From contig CM126203.1 of assembly GCA_052327205.1 (NCBI GenBank), forward strand, positions 308,326,001 to 308,390,000: a stretch of 64,000 bases of DNA, written 5' to 3'. This document shows positions 1 to 12,156 of this stretch, piece after piece; position 1 is the first letter of the stretch, and each line of letters opens with the position of its first letter. The notes under the pieces are model-generated. The model had not been told where the DNA came from. It was given only the letters and a program-made list of their open reading frames with translations, and did no database searches. The translations under genes were made by a program, and so were the position numbers. This stretch comes from Somniosus microcephalus (taxonomy: Eukaryota).

Positions 1-329
1 ATCAGACTGGGCTTGCAGCAGGTGTTGAGAGAATAACTTACTTGACCTGGTCCTCACCAATCTTCTTGTCGCGGATGCATCTATCCATGATATTATTGAT
101 AGGAGTGACCACCGCACAGTCCTTGTGAGATCAAGTCCCATCTTCACACTGAGGACATCCTCCACCGTGCTAATTTGGATACATTAAGAACAGATCTAGT
201 AGCTCAAAACTGGGCATCCATGAGGCTCTGTGGGCCATAGCAGCAGCAGAAATGTATTGTATCACAATTTGTAATCTCAGAGCCCGGGATATCCCTCACT
301 CCACCATCACCATCAAGACAGATGATCAA

Positions 330-813
330 AAGCAAAATACTGCGGATGCTTGGAACCTGAAATAATAACAGGGCATCCATGAGGCTCTGTGGGCCATTAT
401 GGACCATCATGGCTACCCATACATTTCAGGCCGATGACGAAAGATCATTGTACTGTATTATTACATGGTTTAGCATGAGCATGCTCAGTTCGCTCTGGCC
501 TAGTAAACTAGCTCCTGGACTAGCAACTCATTCTCTCTCTGTCCTTCATTTGTTCTACCCACATATATTACATTATGGCGATGAGAATGGGATCCCAAAG
601 CCATTTTAACAGATCGTGGAAAGACATAGACAGGATGAGTTGCTAGTCCAGGAGCTAATTTACTAGGCCAGAGTGAACTGAGCATGCTCACACTAAACCT
701 TGTGACAAACCATGTGATAATACAGTACAGTCATCGACCTGAAACGTTAACTCCGTTTCTCTCTCCACAAATGCTGCCTGATCTACTGAGTATTTCCAAC
801 ATTTTCTGTTTTT
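330..813. mobile_element. Penelope-like short fragment with partially inverted termini, flanked by a 15-bp duplication
   Basis: aagacagatgatcaa occurs at 315-329 and 814-828. The internal gacctgaaacgttaactc...tgctgcctgatctactgagtatttcc matches the hairpin element at 57700/63590. Confidence 0.55.
449..729. mobile_element. Fold-back non-autonomous element with TGTACTG...CAGTACA termini
   Basis: Arms of about 80-95 bp are reverse complements (449-531 vs 635-729). Flanks atcat/gtcat resemble a 5-bp TSD. Confidence 0.75.
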
Positions 814-1512
814 AAGACAGATGATCAATGCTTGTTCAATGAGTGTCAAAGAGCATGCCAGGAGAAGCACCAAGCACATCTAAAATGAAGTGACAACTGG
901 TGAAGCTACAACACAGTTGTAATTCTAAACAGTGGAAGCAGCATGCTATAGACAGAGCTAAGCATTTCCACAACCAACGGATCAGATTTCAGTTTAGAGC
1001 TTTGCAGTCCTGCCACATCCAGTTGTGAATGGTGGTGGGCAATTAAATAACTAATGCTGAATGATGGCGAGCCCAGCAAAGACAAGGCCAAAGTGTTCAC
1101 AACCATCCTCAGCCCGAAGTGAGGAGTGGATGATTGTTCTCATCCTCCTCCTGAGGTCTGTACCATCACAGAAGCCGGTCTTTAGTCAATTCAATTCACT
1201 CCATGTGACATCAAGAAACAGCTGGGTGCCCTAGACACGGCAAAGGCTACAGGGCCTATTCCCTGGCTGTAGTTCTGAAGATCTGTGCTCCAGAACTAGC
1301 CATGCCTCAAGCTACTCCCCTATAGCAATAACACTGGCATCCACCCGACAATGTGGAAAATTGCCCAGGTATGTTGTAACCACAAAAGCAGGACCAATAC
1401 AACCTGGCCAATTACCGGCCTATCAGCCTACTTTGTACAGATGCACTGCAGAAAGTCACCAAGACGTCTTTGGTTCTATCTCCAAATCCCACTATCTCCA
1501 CCACCACCAGGT

Positions 1513-1733
1513 TCCTGGCCAATATTTATCCCTCAACCAACATAACAAAAACAGATTATCTGGTCATTATCACATTGCTGTTTGTGGGAGTTGCTGTGCG
1601 CAAATTGGCTGCCGCGTTTCCCACATTACAACAGTGACTCCACTTCAAAAAGTACTTAATTGGCTGTAAAGCACTTTGAGACGTCCAGTGGTCATAAAAG
1701 GCGCTAAATAAATGCAAGTCTTTCTTTCTTTCT
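1513..1733 (+). mobile_element. 3' half of a Deu-domain SINE (SacSINE1-like)
   Basis: cctggccaatatttatccctcaaccaaca...ttgctgtgcgcaaattggctgccgcgtttc...aaatgcaagtc followed by a (tttc)n tail. Family recognised from memory. Confidence 0.7.
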
Positions 1734-2124
1734 TAAAAGTACAAGAGCAGCAGGTATATGGAAACACCATCACCTCCAAGTTCCCCTCCAGGTCACATAC
1801 AATCTGGACCTGGACATATCATCACTGGGTCAAAAATCCCGAACTCCTTACCTAACAGCATTGTGGGAGTGTCTTGACCACGCAGGCTGCAGTTGTTCAA
1901 GAATAAGGCACATCAACACCTTCTCAAAGGGAATGGGCAATAGCAGCCTTGCCAGTGATGCCAAAATCCCAAGAATGAATAAAAAAGTATAACATAACAG
2001 TGATACAATAATATGAATAACCTTGACAATATATATGTAATAGTTTGTAATTGCATTTTAAATGTACTGTATATAAAACAATGTTAATTTTGGAAAAAGG
2101 CTAAAAAAGGAGAGAAAAATATGT

Positions 2125-5100
2125 ATTCAAATTCCTGGGACATTGGAACTGGTTCTGGGGGAGGTGGGACCAGTTCAAACGGGACGGTTTGCACCTGGGC
2201 AGGGCCGGGACCGATGTCCTAGGGGGAGTGTTTGCTAGTGCTCTGGGGGAGGGTTTAAACTAAAATGGCAGGGGGTTGGGAACCTGAGCGGGGAAACAGA
2301 GGAAAGGGAAACAAGGATAAAAGCAAAAGACAGGAAGGAGAAAAACAAAAGTGACAGGCAGAGAAATCAAGGGTTTAAATCAAACATGGCCACAGTAAAT
2401 AATAATTCTAAAAGCTCTAAGAGCATTAAAAAAACAAGCCTGAAGGCTTTGTGTCTTAATGCAAGGAGCATTCGTAATAAGGTGGATGAATTAGCTGCAC
2501 AAATAGAGGTAAACGAAGTTGATATGATAGGGATTACGGAAACATAGCTCCAGGGTGACCAAGGCTGGGAACTCAACATCAGGAAAGATAGGCAGAAAGG
2601 AAAAGGAGGTGGGGTAGCATTGCTGGTTAAAGAGGGGATTAACACAATTGAAAGGAAGGATATTAGCTCTGATGATGTGGAATCTGTATGGGTAGAACTG
2701 AGAAATACCAAGGGGCAGAAAACGTTAATGGGAGTGGTATATAGACCTCCAAACAGTAATGCGGAGGTCGGGGATGGCATTAAACGGGAAATTAGAGAAG
2801 CATGCAATAAGGGCACAGAAGTTATCATGGGTGACTTTAATCTACATATAGATTGGACTAACCAAATTAGTAACAATACTGTGGAGGAGGAATTCCTGGA
2901 GTGTATACGGGATGGCTTCCTGGACCAATATGTCGAGGAACCAACTAGAGATCAGGCCATCTTAGACTGGGTATTATGTAATGAGAAAGGATTAATTAGC
3001 AATCTTGTTGCGCGAGGCCCCTTGGATCGGAGCGATCATAATATGATAGAATTCTTCATTAAGATGGAGAGTGAAATAGTTGACTCAGAGACTAGAGTCC
3101 TGAATTTAAATAAAGGAGACTACGATGGTATGAGGTGCGAGTTGGGTAGGATTGATTGGGGAATGTCACTCAAAGGGTTGACGGTGGATGGGCAATGGCA
3201 AACATTCAAAGATCGCATGGATGAACTACAGAATTTGTTCATCCCAGTTTGGCATAAAAATAAAACAAAAAAGGTGACTCAACCGTGGCTAACAAGGAAA
3301 ATTAGGGATAGCATAAGATCCAAGGAGAGGACATATAAATTGGCCAGAAAAAGCAGTAAACCTGAGGATTGAGAGCAGTTTAGGATCCAACAAAGGAGGA
3401 CAAAGGGATTAATTAAGAGTGGGAAAATAGAATATGAGAGTAAGCTTTCAGGGAACATAAAAACTGACTGTAAAAGCTTTTATAGATATGTGAAGAGAAA
3501 AAGATTGGTGAAGTCAAACGTAGGTCCCTTGCAGTCAGAATCAGGGGAATTTATAATGGGGAACAAAGAAATGACTGACCAATTAAATACATACTTTGGT
3601 TCTGTCTTCACAAAGGAGGACAAAAGTAACCTCCCAAAGATGTCGGGGAACACAGGGTCTAATGAAAGGGAGGAACTGATAGAAATCAGTATTTGTAGAG
3701 AAATGGTGTTAGGGAAATTGATGGGATTGAGGGCCGATAAATCCCCAGGGCCTGATAATCTACATCCTAGGGTACTTAAGGAAGTGGCCCTAGAAATAGT
3801 AGATGCATTGCTAGTCATCTTCCAAAATTCGATAGACTCTGGAACAGTTCCCATGGATTGGCGGGTAGCTAATGTTACCCCACTGTTCAAAAAGTGTGGT
3901 AGAGAGAAAACGGGGAATTACAGACTGGTAAGCCTGACATCGGTAGTGGGGAAAATGATAGAGTCCATTAAAAGAATGTAATAGCAGAGCACTTGGAAAA
4001 AAGTGACCGGATCAGACAAAGTCAACATGGCTTTACAAAAGGTAAATCGTGCTTGACTAATCTACTGGAATTTTTTGAAGATGTAACTGGTAAAATAGTT
4101 AAGGGAGAACCAGTGGATGTGGTGTATTTAGATTTTCAAAAGGCTTTTGATAAGGTCCCGCATAAGAGATTAGCATGTAAAATTAAGGCACATGGGATTG
4201 GGGGCAAGGTATTGACTTGGATAGAGAACTGGTTGGCAGACAGAAAGCAAAGAGTTGGAATAAACGGCTCTTTTTCCGAGTGGCAGGCAGTGACTAGTGG
4301 GGTACCGCAGGGATCGGTCCTTGGACCCCAGCTATTAACAATATATATTCATGATCTGGTCGAGGGAACTAGATGTAATATCTCCAAGTTTGCAGACAAC
4401 ACAAAGTTGGGTGGGCGTGTGTGCTGTGGGGAGGATGCCGAGAAACTCCAGTATGATTTGGACAGGTTGGGTGATTGGGCAGAAGCATGGCAGATGCAAT
4501 ATAACGTGGATAAATGCGAGGTTATCCACTTTGGTGTCAAAAGCAGGAAGGCAGATTATTATCTTCATGGTAATAGATTGGGAGAAGGGGAAGTGCAACG
4601 AGAGCTGGGCGTCCTTGTGCACCAGTTGCTGAAAGTAAGCATGCAGGTGCAGCAGGCGTTTAAGAAGGCAAATGGTATGTTGGCTTTCGTAGCGAGAGGG
4701 TTTGAGTACAGGAACAAGGATGTCTTGCTGCAGTTGTATAGGGCCTTGGTGAGGCCACATCTTGAGTATTGTGTGCAGTTTTGGTCGCCTTATCTGAGGA
4801 AGGATGTTCTTGCCATGGAAGGAGTGCAGCGAAGATTCACCAGGCTGATACCTGGGATGGCAGGAATGACGTATGAGGAGATATTGAGTCGATTGGGCTT
4901 GTACTCGCTGGAGTTTAGAAGAATGAGAGGGGATCGCATCGAAACTTATAAAATTCTAACAGGACAAGACAGGCTAGATGCTGGAAGGATGTTCCCGATG
5001 GTCGGGGAGTCCAGAACGAGGGGTCACAGTCTAAGGATAAGGGGTAAGACATTTAGGACAGAGATGAGGAGGAATTTCTTCACCCAGAGAGTGGTGAACC

Positions 5101-5327
5101 TGTGGAATTCTCTGCCAAAGAAGGCAGTAGAGGCCAATTCATTAAATATATTCAAGAAGGAGTTGGATATATTTCTTAAGGCTAAAGGGATCAAGGGCTA
5201 TGGAGTGAAGGCAGGAACAGGGTACTGAATTTGGATGATCAGCCATCATCTCATTGAATGGCAGAGCAGGCTCCAGGGGCCGAATGGCCTACTCCTGCTC
5301 CTATCTTCTATGTTTCTATGTTTCTAT
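2125..5327 (+). mobile_element. Near full-length CR1 LINE (end of ORF1 esterase, ORF2, 3' UTR)
   Basis: ORF1 SGNH-type end (WGRWDQFKRDGLHL) near 2130-2220; APE endonuclease and RT ORFs; (ttctatgt)n tail at about 5306-5327. Confidence 0.95.
2432..5228 (+). pseudogene. CR1 ORF2 (APE endonuclease + reverse transcriptase) broken by stops and a frameshift
   Basis: GVVYRPPN, MGDFN, ILDWVL, SDHN in 2620-3372; KSPGPD and WRVANVTPLFKK in 3490-3981; QHGF, LDFQKAFDKVPH, GVPQGSVLGP, FADNTKL in 3993-5228. Confidence 0.93.
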
Positions 5328-5654
5328 AAATGCTGCTTAAATAGGCAATGTTATAAAGCTTATGGAGGAGAAATTCGGTATCGCCCCGTTTGGGGCGCAA
5401 AGTTTAGCGCCTCGCGCTAATTATCGCTTCCGACTGCAAACTAGGCTCTATCGCCCCTGGAGGTGATTGGCGCACTAAATCAGGCACAACACAGCTCTCT
5501 TAAGGCACTAACGCCGAGGAGTGAGGCGTTACCTCAGAGTGCTGGCGAAGCTCATGTGATGTCAGTCAGCAATGGAACACAGACACACTGGCGCCGGCCA
5601 GTTCTTAAAGGGGAGGGTCGATTTTGCTCTCCATTCACACCCATTCACACCAAA

Positions 5655-7100
5655 GGTGCCAGAGGAATGGAAGACAGCTAACATAGGACCATTATTCAAA
5701 AAGGGTAGTAGGGATAAACCAGGGAATTACAGGCCAGTGAGCCTAACATCAGGGGTAGGGAAATTATTGGAAAAAATTCTGAGGGACAGAATTAGTCTCC
5801 ACTTGGAGAGGCAAAGATTAATCAAGGAGAGTCAGCATGGCTTTGTCAGGAGGAGATCATGTCTAACCAATTTGATTGAATTTTTCGAGGGGGTGACTAG
5901 GTGTGTGGATGAGGGTAGTGCAGTTGATGTAGTCTACATGGACCTTAATAACGCTTTTGACAAAGTCCAGCATGGGAGACTGGTCAAGAAGGTAAGAGCC
6001 CATGGGATCCAGGGCAATTTGGCACATTGGATCCAAAATTGGCTTAGTGGCAGGAGGCAGAGGGTGATGGTCGACGGTTGTTTTGTGACTGGAAGCCAGT
6101 GTCCAGTGGTGTACCGCAGGGATCGGTGCTGGGTCCTTTGCTGTGTGTAGTGTACATTAATGATTTAGATATGAATGTAGGCGGTATGATCAGTAAGTTT
6201 GCAGATGACACGAAAATTGGTGGAGTGGTAAACAGCGGGGAGGGAAGCCTCAGGCTACAGGACGATATAGACAGGTTGGTTAGATGGGCAGAACAGTGGC
6301 AAATGGAATTTAACCCTGAAAAGTGTGAGGTGATGCATTTTGGGAGGACTAACAAGGCAAGGGAATACACAATGAACGGTAGGACCCTAGGAAGGACAGA
6401 GGATCAGAGGGACCTTGGTGTGCATGTACATAGATCCCTGAAGGCAGCAGGACAGCTAGATAAGGTGGTTAAAAAGGCATATGGGATACTTGCCTTCATT
6501 AGACGAGGCATAGAATATAAGAGCAGGGTGGTGATGATGGAGCTGTACAAAACGCTAGTTAGGCCACAGCTGGAATACTGTGTGCAGTTCTGGGTGCCAC
6601 ACTATAGGAAGGATGTGATTGCATTGGAGAGGGTGCAGAGGAGATTCACCAGAATATTACCTGGTCTGGAGCACTTCCGCTATGAAGAGAGACTGGACAG
6701 GCTGGGGTTGTTTTCCTTAGAGCAGAGAAGGCTGAGGGGGGACCTGATTGAGGTGTACAAAATTATGAGGGGCATAGATAGTGTAGATAGAAAGGAACTT
6801 TCCCCTCAGTAGAGGGGTCAATAACCAGGGGGCATAGTTTCAAGGCAAGGTTTAGAGGGGATTTGAGGAAAAGCTTTTTCACCGAGAGGGTGGTTGGAAT
6901 CTGGAACTCACTGCCTGAAAGGGTGGTAGAGGCAGGAACCCTCACAACATTCAAGAAGCATTTAGATGAGCACTTGAAACGACATAGCATACAAGGCTAT
7001 GGACCAACTGCTGTAAAATGGGATTGTAATAGATAGGGCTTGATGGCCGGCGCGGACACGATGGGCCGAAGGGCCTCTTTCTGTGCAGTATAACTCTATG
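5655..7100 (+). mobile_element. 5'-truncated CR1 LINE (RT + 3' UTR)
   Basis: ORFs 5572-6150 and 6078-6812 carry RT motifs (QHGF, GVPQGSVLGP, FADDTK). The (actctatg) tail resumes at about 7772 after a MITE. Confidence 0.92.
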
Positions 7101-7771
7101 GGGGAAAAATTCAGTTGTTTGCGCCTCCTCTTAGCACCTTAAGAGGGTGCTAATGGGGCACAAAGCAACTAGCGCCCGGGCACGGCGATGTTTGCGCCGC
7201 TCGTGAAATTAACTAGACATTTTGCGGTGGCGCAAAGCACTACCGCCACGATCTCCTGCGCCGACAGATCGTGACATCAGTCGAGTTCGCAACGCCCCGG
7301 TACTGCCCCGGACCGGATATTGAGTGGCACCCCCTGCCTTACCGCCTGCCGCTAGCAACAACAGGTTAAGGGGAGCATTTTGCAGTCAGGAAGGGACTGG
7401 GGGAGCGCTATTTAAAGGCGACCGCTTCCTGTCTTTTTTTGTTTGTGACATTTTTGCACCATACATTCTGTGAGAGAGAGAGACTTCTGGAGAGATTCAA
7501 TGCTGTGTGAAGGAGTTTTGGGTACTGAGCAGCACTTTGCAGGTTCATTTTGATTTGCCCTCCTTGCTTCGCCAGCGCTCTGAGGTAGCGCCTCGCTCCT
7601 CGGCCTTTGCGCCTTAAGACAGGTGTGAAGCACCTGATTTAGCGCTCCAATCACCTCCAGGGGCGATAAAAGCCAAGTTTGCTGTCGGATGCGATAATTA
7701 GCGCCAGGCGCTCAACTTTGCGCATGGCCGATAATGGTGCCCCAAACGGGGCGATACTGAATTTTTCCCCC
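7100..7771. mobile_element. GC-rich Harbinger-like MITE inserted in a CR1 tail
   Basis: Perfect TIR gggggaaaaattcagt / actgaatttttccccc. Confidence 0.75.
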
Positions 7772-8414
7772 ACTCTATCTATGACCCTTCTCATTGCAGC
7801 CTTGAATCTCAGCCTGGAGAGACCTGTACATCAGTTCTACTGGAAAGAACAATGGAGAGACCCAGGGAAAGCGCTCAGAGTGCAGCCCCCAAAGTCTCTT
7901 CTAAAGAGGAAGATCAAATCAAAATGAACCTGCAAAGTGCAGCTCAGCATCCAAATCTCCTTCACACAGCGTTGTATCTCTCCAGAAGTCTCTCTCTCTC
8001 TCTCCGAATACGTGATGCAAAATGTCGCCGACAAAAACAGTCAGGAAACGGTTGCCTTTAAACAGTGCTCTCCCAGTCCTTTCCCGACTGCAAAACGCTC
8101 CCCTCAACCTGTCATTGCTAGCGGCAGGCAGTAAGGCAGGGGGCGCCACTCAATATCCAGTCTGGGGCGCTACCGGGACGTTGCACGCTCGACTGACATC
8201 ACAATCTGCAGGCGCCACCACAAAATGTCTGGTCAATTTCGCGAGCGGCACAAACATCGGCGCGCACGGGCGCTAGTTGCTTTGCGCCCCATTAGCGTCC
8301 TCTTAGGGCGCTAACGGGAGGCACAAAGCAACCACATTTTTCCCCCTTAGTGTCTTTGAGTGGGGTGACAATTATTGGATTATGACACAATAGAAGGAAA
8401 ATAACAGCAAGATA

Positions 8415-9117
8415 GGGGGAAAAATTGGGTGGCGCTGCTCCCTCCACCGGAAATGCAGTAGTAGTGTCCCAAGCAGTGGGTGGTGCACTACTGGAAGCAC
8501 TCCACCTCCTTCTTGGGGCACTACAACTGAAGATCGCAGCGCTACGTGCAACAGCCCCACACATATCGGCACGTAACGTCTCGTCATTGTAGGCCTCCCT
8601 CCCCTGATTAAAGGGGAGGGGCCTAACGCTGAGCATACCGGGGCCCTGCTAGACCACCGGGGAGCGGGGTGCCATGAAAACAGCCCGGCACTCGAGGAGT
8701 GCCGGGCTGAGCGATCGCGGCTGGCACCCCGAGAAAAAAAGGGAAAGGGGGCAGGTGCTGGCAGTCGGCCAAAAAAAAATAGCCGCCCGACCCCTGCCCT
8801 TTTACTAGAGCTGCCGCCGCTACAAAAACGCCCCCTGACCCTGTCGGACATATCGTCCGGCGATAGGTCAGGGGACGCAAGGGAAGTTTGCGGCTGGGGT
8901 GCAAGCGGGGCGCTGCGTATGGCGCTGCGTATGGCGAGGACATCATCACTGGCTGTGCAGTGCCGTGGGGCGCTACCGACTATCACCGCCGCTAACCTCT
9001 CGCTGAATTTTGCGGGAGGCATTAGCGGTGCCGCGCCCGGTCGCTAGGGGATTTGCGCCCTCTTAGTGCCTCCTGGGGGTGTTAATGAGAGGTGCAAATC
9101 AACCCAATTTTTACCCC
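8415..9117. mobile_element. GC-rich Harbinger-like MITE
   Basis: TIR gggggaaaaattgggt / acccaatttttacccc; 3-bp TSD ATA at 8412-8414 and 9118-9120. Confidence 0.8.
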
Positions 9118-10299
9118 ATAGACTGCAGATGATGGGAACTCAATTATAATATAATGAAGTGGAGAGAGCATCGACCACTTTCTGTTCTCTCCTCTCCCTC
9201 ACCCACGATGCAGACAGTACATTGATAGGCAGCACAATCGTTAGAAAATTTTGAAACTATTTTATATGTCAGTCCTTGAGGTGCACTACTGAGTGCATTT
9301 GTTGTACTCGGCCTCTCACTTTACTATGTAATCTCTTGCTTATCTTTCCTGTATCTCTGTAGCTGAGTTGATATTTTACAATCTTCCCATTCCCAATCTC
9401 TCTAATGCCAAGTCTGACCTGAAATCGAATGCTCAGTTTTTGTTTATATCTCTCTCCTGAATTATTCAGCACAATTTCTGATTAACCTTTAACAAGCCCT
9501 CACCAAGCAAAAAGGTCTGTTTTTTTAACCTCTTCACTAATTTTAGTGAATGTATTTTCAACAGGAGAATTCCTCAGAATAGTGCTAAACAAGGATGAAC
9601 AGTCTATTAGCACTTAGAACTGCTAATGCACCCTTATTCATACATGGCTGCAGTTTTGTAACAATTATTGAGGAGAGGAAAATAGGCGCAATATTTTCAC
9701 GTTATTTCATGAAGAAATGTAAGGCAATTAATCTGGCAAAATGCAGGAACCATTGTTGACACAATAGTTGATAATATGAACTACATTTACCCAACTATTT
9801 GATGGAGCAACAATAGTTAAATGGGTCTGAAACCATAGGAATGGTACCAATGATACAGAACTGGTCGGACTTGTATGTGCTGTGTACCCACCCGTAGGGA
9901 CATCGGAAATGCCGGTTTCAGGCATGCATAGCGTGGCGTTTCTGAGCCTGAAGAGTGTGGAGAGCTTCAGTAGCAATTTCTGCAGCTGGGAAAGACATTT
10001 TTCAGTGATTTGCTTCTCTGGCATTCTGTCTGTACAGACCTCGGCTTGCTTCTGATTGCTTCAGAGACTGTAAAACCACTCAATTTTAATTCTTCCCCCC
10101 ACCGCCCCACCCCCCCACCCCGCCAAGCCTTCCACCCATAGTGAGAGCTTCTCAGGAGTAGATAGAACATTCTTTTGTACACCATTATCATAGGGGAGGA
10201 GAAGAAACAACACAAGATGGAGTAAGAGAGAGCCAGGCAGCATTTAATGAGGATGCTCTCCCTCCATAGAATATACATATGAAGGCTGTAGTAAGGAGA

Positions 10300-10470
10300 T
10301 GTGTCTAACATGTGCATGAGAAGAATGTGCTTCACCAAAGAGACAATAAGGGAGCTCTGTTACCTGCTGCATGAGGACCTGCATCCATGGTCATCTGGCT
10401 GCACTGCTCTCTGTGTGGCTCTGTGGCGCTCAACTTATATGGCACAGGCTCATTTCAGGCATCCATGGGG
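10300..10470 (+). pseudogene. Remnant of PIF/Harbinger (HARBI1-like) transposase N-terminal HTH region
   Basis: RRMCFTKETIRELCYLLHEDLHP followed, after a frameshift, by YGTGSFQ. Similar to 39870-40085. Confidence 0.55.
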
Positions 10471-10885
10471 AGTCCCTGCATTATTAGAAGTATGGGCATG
10501 TATTCTTTACATGACCAATACAGGTGATCCAAATCTCCACCTCTTGTTCTCAGTCTTTGTGCCTGGGGAACTGAACATTCCCCAGGGGTAACGGTCAGGA
10601 AAACTGGCCTTTATTTCTCATTAGGGAAGCTATTACAGCTGTAATTTTGGAAGAAATGCAGCTGCCACTCTATCTACTGCTACTGTAACACACTAACGTG
10701 AATGAAGTTCTCTGTGTGCTGAAACAGGGTAGGCATAGAAACATCACCGTTTAGTATTACTTTGCACTGAACAAGTTCAAGGACTATGGTCACTTGCACT
10801 GCTACAGGTATTGCAGCACTATACCTCTAGGTCTGGTCCAATTACCTCATATATCTCTTTGATACTCCACCTAGTGAGTTGTAGC

Positions 10886-11910
10886 CCATGATATTAACCT
10901 GACCCCGCCCCCCACAGTGGGTGGGAGGCGGTCGGGTGGAAGTTAAAGAGTTAAATATGAGGAACATGACCCCAATCTGCCACGCACGTCGCATTTTTTA
11001 CGACGGTGGCTATCGGGGCGTCCGAGTGTCCAACTGTGGCGAGGCGGGACACCTAATTAATCTATTTCAGTTGGATGCTCACAGTACAATTGGGAGCCCC
11101 ATGTTGCAATTTACTGCTGCTACGCAGGTTTCCCAGGGATGGGGAAACCCGGCAGTGAAAGGGAGGCGTGAGCTGCCAGCTCCCCAAGGTCCCCTTTCAG
11201 CACTCCTTGTGAGCCAGCAGGAGCAGGAGTGCTCCCCTCAAACCCCTCAAGGAAGCTTCACCATTCCTAGCCCCAATTGCCGACCACACCACCGCTCCGA
11301 TTGCCAGGGACCGCCCCCCAAGGGTTTCCGGTTACGGCTCCTGCTGCTGGTTTGCCCCCCACCCCGGCCACCAACCAGGCTGTCCATTTGTCCGGCTGCC
11401 GGTCAGGAGTCGGGCAGACAAAATGTTAATGAGGTCCTGCTGTTAAGATTGGCAGGTGGGAGGCACATGTATATATGTAAACTAGGGTCCTACCATGTGT
11501 TTAGGACCTGGACACCATTTTGACCTCCATCTGCGTTGCTATCACCAGTTTCTCACAAGAGCTGTCACTCCTGCTCCTCCTGGCCTAACAAAGGAAAGTT
11601 TTTCACTTACATGGAGCGCCTCTTCATCCTTCCCACCAGCTGCCGACCGACTTCAGCCTGGCAGGGAAGCTGCAGCAGCGTTCCTGCTCATGTCCCAGCA
11701 AAGCTGCCATTGGGGACTTATTGATGCCATAAGACCCCAACTAACATCCATGGATGAGGCTCCAACCTGATTCCCACAGGCACCTATCACTGCCCAAACC
11801 AGCAGCGTTAAAATCAGAGATCAGCAGCAACGCAGCAGGAAATGGAGCCGCACCATTTTTGCTGCTTGGGTGCGCTGTTCCAGCAGGAAGAGTTAAAATT
11901 CCCCCAATTT
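10886..11910. mobile_element. Degraded Harbinger-like MITE(s), second family
   Basis: Motifs shared with 24657-25250, 28262-29215 and 45300-46082 (gggaaacccggc, gagcaggagtgctcc, ttaaaat termini). Boundaries approximate. Confidence 0.45.
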
Positions 11911-11944
11911 TATCCTGTGGACAGCACAGGTCAGGAATCAAACT

Positions 11945-12046
11945 GATAGATGGAAAGATAAATAGATAGATAGAAAGACAGAGAGATTATTAGATAGATA
12001 GTTTGATCGATAGATTATTAGACAGATAGATAGCCAGACAGACAGA
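11945..12046. repeat. Degenerate (GATA)n/(GACA)n microsatellite
   Basis: Visible tetranucleotide repeats. Confidence 0.85.
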
Positions 12047-12156
12047 CTTTAAAGGAACTTTAGAATATTTTGTGATAGTGCAACTTTAACCCTTTTTTTA
12101 TTTCTTTTGTAAAATCACTGAATAAAAATAAAAGTTATTTAGTGCACGTGCAATAA

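Larger units (their letters stand above)
1..1985 (+). mobile_element. Degraded, internally deleted non-LTR retrotransposon (CR1/L2-superclade family distinct from the main CR1), interrupted by younger insertions
   Basis: Endonuclease-like text (cttgacctggtcctcaccaat, agtgaccaccgcacagtc) and RT-adjacent text (WKIAQVC). The 3' end at 1740-1985 matches the reverse complement of 25437-25720. Confidence 0.7.
5364..8346. mobile_element. GC-rich Harbinger-like MITE split in two (about 5364-5640 and 7800-8346) by a CR1 insertion
   Basis: 5364-5550 is similar to the reverse complement of 7560-7770, and 7915-8346 to the reverse complement of 7101-7555. Termini ggaggagaaattc / cattttttccccc. Confidence 0.65.

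Noticed and set aside
2367-2876. Antisense ORFs over CR1 and Gypsy coding regions (also 3480-3890, 50170-50679, 30688-31119)
   Set aside because: Shadow frames of retroelement ORFs.
9320-9418. 99-nt AG/GT-bounded minus-strand frame containing NGKIVKYQLSY, reminiscent of a fibronectin type III strand
   Set aside because: Poor acceptor, and the phase is incompatible with the neighbouring candidate exon (it would give an immediate stop). The similarity is too short to trust.
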